Positions 60,367 to 64,000 of a stretch of DNA of 64,000 bases are shown in pieces; positions within the stretch are counted from its first letter, which is position 1, and each line of letters starts with the position of its first letter. Position numbers and translations under genes: made by a program. A model generated the notes under the pieces. That model had not been told where the DNA came from. It saw only the letters and a program-made list of their open reading frames with translations, and searched no databases. This stretch comes from Nitrospirales bacterium (GTDB lineage: Bacteria; Nitrospirota; Nitrospiria; Nitrospirales; UBA8639), in the NCBI GenBank assembly GCA_965203295.1, contig CBDBCZ010000014.1, positions 512,001 to 576,000 on the forward strand, read 5' to 3'.

Positions 60367-63300
60367 AATTAATTGTACACATTACTTTTCTTGTGATGGC
60401 AAAATGTTACTTCAGAGATTGCAGGCAAGAAACCATAGTTAGTACTCTACAATCTATGACAAAACATAGGACGTGGGGGAAATTAGTCACATGCACAGAA
60501 CACAAATTCGATATGTAACCGTGGAATGTACCATCTAAAAAGCACAGTAGTAACTGTGCCTCATATTGACAAGAAAGATTATAGACGACTGCCAACATTA
60601 AGGAGAAGCATCTAGAAGAGGAGTATATCGTTATAAGGCTAAACAAACTTCTATCACAGCCTCTAGCTGCCAGGGAGAATGGAGAGGTACCAAATTTCCA
60701 ATTTCATTTTCAACTCTAATTAATCGTACACATTACTGTTCTTGTGTTTGCCTTTAGTGATTGCTGAAATGAAACATAGGTGGGAGATAATTAGTCACAC
60801 AGAACACAACTTCAATAAGCTAAATTAGAGCTGGGATGTGTTTGGAAAGCAGTCAATTATTTTTTCTCCCTGGTAGCTAGAGAGTGTGGCTCTTAGCATC
60901 TTCAAAATGCAAGGACTGATTTCCTATTAGTTGTGCAAAGGAATATCCTTACTTCAATTCTTCAAATACAATATTTCACGGAGTGGGCTCTTAGTGGTAC
61001 GAATCCTTACACGGTTCTTTCTAGAGTTGCTTGCTGATGTTGTATACTGTATTAATTTACTAGTTGTTTACCACCTATTGTTTGTACCGAATATCTCTAG
61101 CAGATCATTGTGAGAACATATGAAAAGTAATAGATGTAGGGCGGGGATGAAATTAGGAAGCAGTAGCTGCTCCAATTCTCTCTGGTAGAGAGAGGTTGTG
61201 GCTTTTGGTGTCCACCCTTCTTCAGGTATTGAAGTGCTATCTCAAAGTGGGCTGTCAGGGGTAGTGTTCCTGACTTGGTTCCTTACACGGTTCCATCTAG
61301 AGCAGCGTATTACGATTTTGTACTGCATATAATTTGGTTTGTTTTCACATTTATCCTGTCTTCTTTCCCTAAAGAATCATTGTGTTCACATGTGGAGAGT
61401 AAAGTATGCACTTACCAGAGTAGGCAATTATTTGGGAAGCACTAACTGCTCCAATTCTCTCTGCTAGGAATACACTGATCTCAAAGTTGGCTATCAGTAC
61501 AAGACACGGTTCCTTATTAGACGTTTCTTAAACGGTTGATTATTAATGGCTCATTCCACTTTGCTTATTGAGGTTGTGTTCTGTGTGGCTAATTATCTCC
61601 CACCTATGTTTCATTTTAGCAATCACTAATGGCAAACACAAGAAAGGTAATGTGTACAATTAATTAGAGTTGGAAATGAAATTGGGAATTTAGTTCCTCT
61701 CCATTCTCCTAGGTAGCTAGAGGCTGTAATGAAAGTTTGTTTAGCCTTATAACGATCTACTCCTCCTCAAGATGCTTCTCGTTAAAGAGTATGCTTCTTA
61801 AAGGACGGAAAGCTGGAACAATTCCCGCCCCAGACGATCCGAGCAGGAACGCCCATCGGAAGTGAGAATGTGGGCGTTTACTGTTCATGCTGGCTGCCAG
61901 ACAATGGAGAAGAACGCATGTGCAGCAAGTGTGGGAAATGGTTTCACGAATCCTGTGCAAAAATACCAGAAGCTGTATTTAAGCAGTAATGGTTTTGCAC
62001 ACCCGTCATGCGTACCAGCACTGTAACATAAGTTTTCTGTATACAACATGTACACTTTATTCATGCACATCGCATTATGAGTCAACAGTCAGCAAAACAT
62101 GAAGAGTAGAGACTTCCTGAGCGCTGGATAACCCAGCAGGCTACTATACTAGTATGGAGTCTCGAATTTGGCAGCCAGTACCCTGCGCTTACATTAGTCT
62201 TTCCCAGCCCGCAAGGAAAGCGGGGGTAAGCCCTGATTGTGGCCTGGGAACGTTTGAACATAGATCAAAATCCACGAGACTATGCCATGTACGCTGAGTG
62301 CTGGGAAGGTGCAAAGCTAGCGTGCGATAATATTTCCTAGGCGCTACCGTAATTCCTAGTAAATTGAATCGCTCGGCGATAGTATTTCCTAGTAAATTCT
62401 GTCGCCGCGATCGAATTTCCGAGCGATCAAATTTACTGTGACAACGGTTCCTTACTTTGATCCTTAGACGTTCCTTCAACGGTTGCTTATTGATGGTTCA
62501 TTCCACTTTGCTTATTGAAGTTGTGTTCTGTGTGACTAATTATCTCCCACCTATGTTTCATTTCAGCAATCACTAAAGGCAAACACAAGAACAGTAATGT
62601 GTACGATTAATTAGAGTTGAAAATGAAATTGGAAATTTGGTACCTCTCCATTCTCCCTGGCAGCTAGAGGCTGTGATAGAAGTTTGTTTAGCCTTATAAC
62701 GATATACTCCTCTTCTAGATGCTTCTCCTTAATGTTGGCAGTCGTCTATAATCTTTCTTGTCAATATGAGGCACAGTTACTACTGTGCTTTTTAGATGGT
62801 ACATTCCACGGTTACATATCGAATTTGTGTTCTGTGCATGTGACTAATTTCCCCCACGTCCTATGTTTTGTCATAGATTGTAGAGTACTAACTATGGTTT
62901 CTTGCCTGCAATCTCTGAAGTAACATTTTGCCATCACAAGAAAAGTAATGTGTACAATTAATTAGAGTGGAGAATGAAATTGCGAAGCTGGTACCTTTCC
63001 GCTCTCTCTGGTAGCTAGAAGCTGTGCTGTTGGTATCTTTGCAATAAAGAAACAGATTTCCAATTAGTTAGGAATACCTTGCCTGACTTTGTGTGATCTC
63101 AAAGTGGGCTGTCAGCGGTACGGTTCCTTACGGTTCCTTCTAAAGCAGCTTACTGCAATTGTTTACTGCATAACTTGCTTTTTTTACATTTGTCCTGTCT
63201 CCTTTCCCTAAAGAATCATTGTGTTAACATGAGGAGAGTAAAGCATGCACTTACCAGAGTAGGCAATTATTTGGGAAGCAGCAACTGCTCCAATTTTCTC

Positions 63301-64000
63301 TGCTAGGAATACACTGATCTCAAAGTTGGCTGTCAATATGAGGCACGGTTCCTTACTTTGCTCCGTAGATTATTCCTTCAAGTTCTGTGAGACTAATCAT
63401 CCCCCACCTGTTTCCTGCCTGCAATCTCTAAAGTTACATTGTGCGAACACACAAAAAAGTAATGTGTGTCATTAATTAGAGTGGGTATATTGAATTGGAA
63501 GCTGATTCCTCTCCATTCTCTCCGGTAGTTAGAGGCTGTGCTGTTGGTATCTTTGCAGTAAAGAGACAGATTCTCAATTAGTTTGTGTTATCACAAAGTG
63601 GGCTGTCAGGGGTGCGGTTCCTTACATGGTTCCTTCTAGAGAAGCTTACTGAGATTGTGTTATTTACTTTTCCTCACATTTTGTTCTGTTTGTTGTTCCA
63701 GTGCCTTTTAGATGGTTCATTCCACGACTTCTTGTGGAAGTTGTGTTAGGTGTAACAAAATTAGTTATCTTCCACTTATGTTTTCTGCTTGCAAACTTTG
63801 AAGTAACATTTTGCAAAAACAAGAAAAGTAACGTGTACAATTAATTAGAGTGGGGAATGGAATTGGGAAGCTGGTTCTTCTCCATTCTCTCTGGCAGATT
63901 CCTAATTAGCTAGGAATATCTTGCCTGACTTTGTGTGATCTCTAAGTAGACTGTCATGGGTACGGTTTTACTTATGCTGTTTTTTACACAGTTCCTTCTA
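60367..64000. repeat. Complex diverged satellite with an inverted 454-bp duplicate
   Basis: Recurrent core aattaattagagt..gaaattggga..cctctccattctc..ggtagctagaggctgtg at about 61660, 62608, 62957, 63472 and 63840. 60367-60820 is the reverse complement of 62510-62963. Confidence 0.85.
61790..62443 (+). mobile_element. DNA-transposon end fragment with a PHD-finger remnant, interrupting the satellite
   Basis: VYCSCWLPDNGEERMCSKCGKWFHESCAKIPEAVF at ~61875-61980; repeated ttcctagtaaatt motifs ending ..aaatttactgtgaca. Confidence 0.55.

Noticed and set aside
60407..62923. Two identical 79-aa ORFs (MFSLITIYSS...)
   Set aside because: They result from the inverted duplication in the satellite; non-ATG start and no recognisable domain.

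Overview
AT-rich, intron-containing animal DNA. The gene families and short GT-AG introns suggest a demosponge, but this is inference. It holds two apparently intact convergent multi-exon receptor genes: the 3' part of an adhesion GPCR (+, 67-10326) and a complete beta-helix/Cys-rich/multi-TM receptor (-, 12224-40850). A zone of gene relics lies at about 45-50 kb, among many transposon fragments (DIRS, hAT, LINE, Helentron-like HINEs, MITEs). The highlight is a precisely delimited 8,341-bp DNA transposon at 50719-59059, with 70-bp TIRs, TAC..GTA ends and a 6-bp TSD CCAATT (IS3EU-like). It carries a spliced DDE transposase and, convergently, a spliced cargo gene. That gene reads as a PWWP3A/MUM1-C-terminal-like domain, then an Ig-like domain, then a non-RD IRAK/Pelle-type kinase, so an innate-immune-type kinase is riding inside a transposon. 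Both genes carry lesions in this copy. A second pattern is a set of palindromes with different arm sequences whose mismatches are mostly tandem GA/GA and whose loops are mostly GNA on one strand, suggesting strand-specific ssDNA hairpins. All exon models were read by eye and family assignments come from remembered motifs, not searches.
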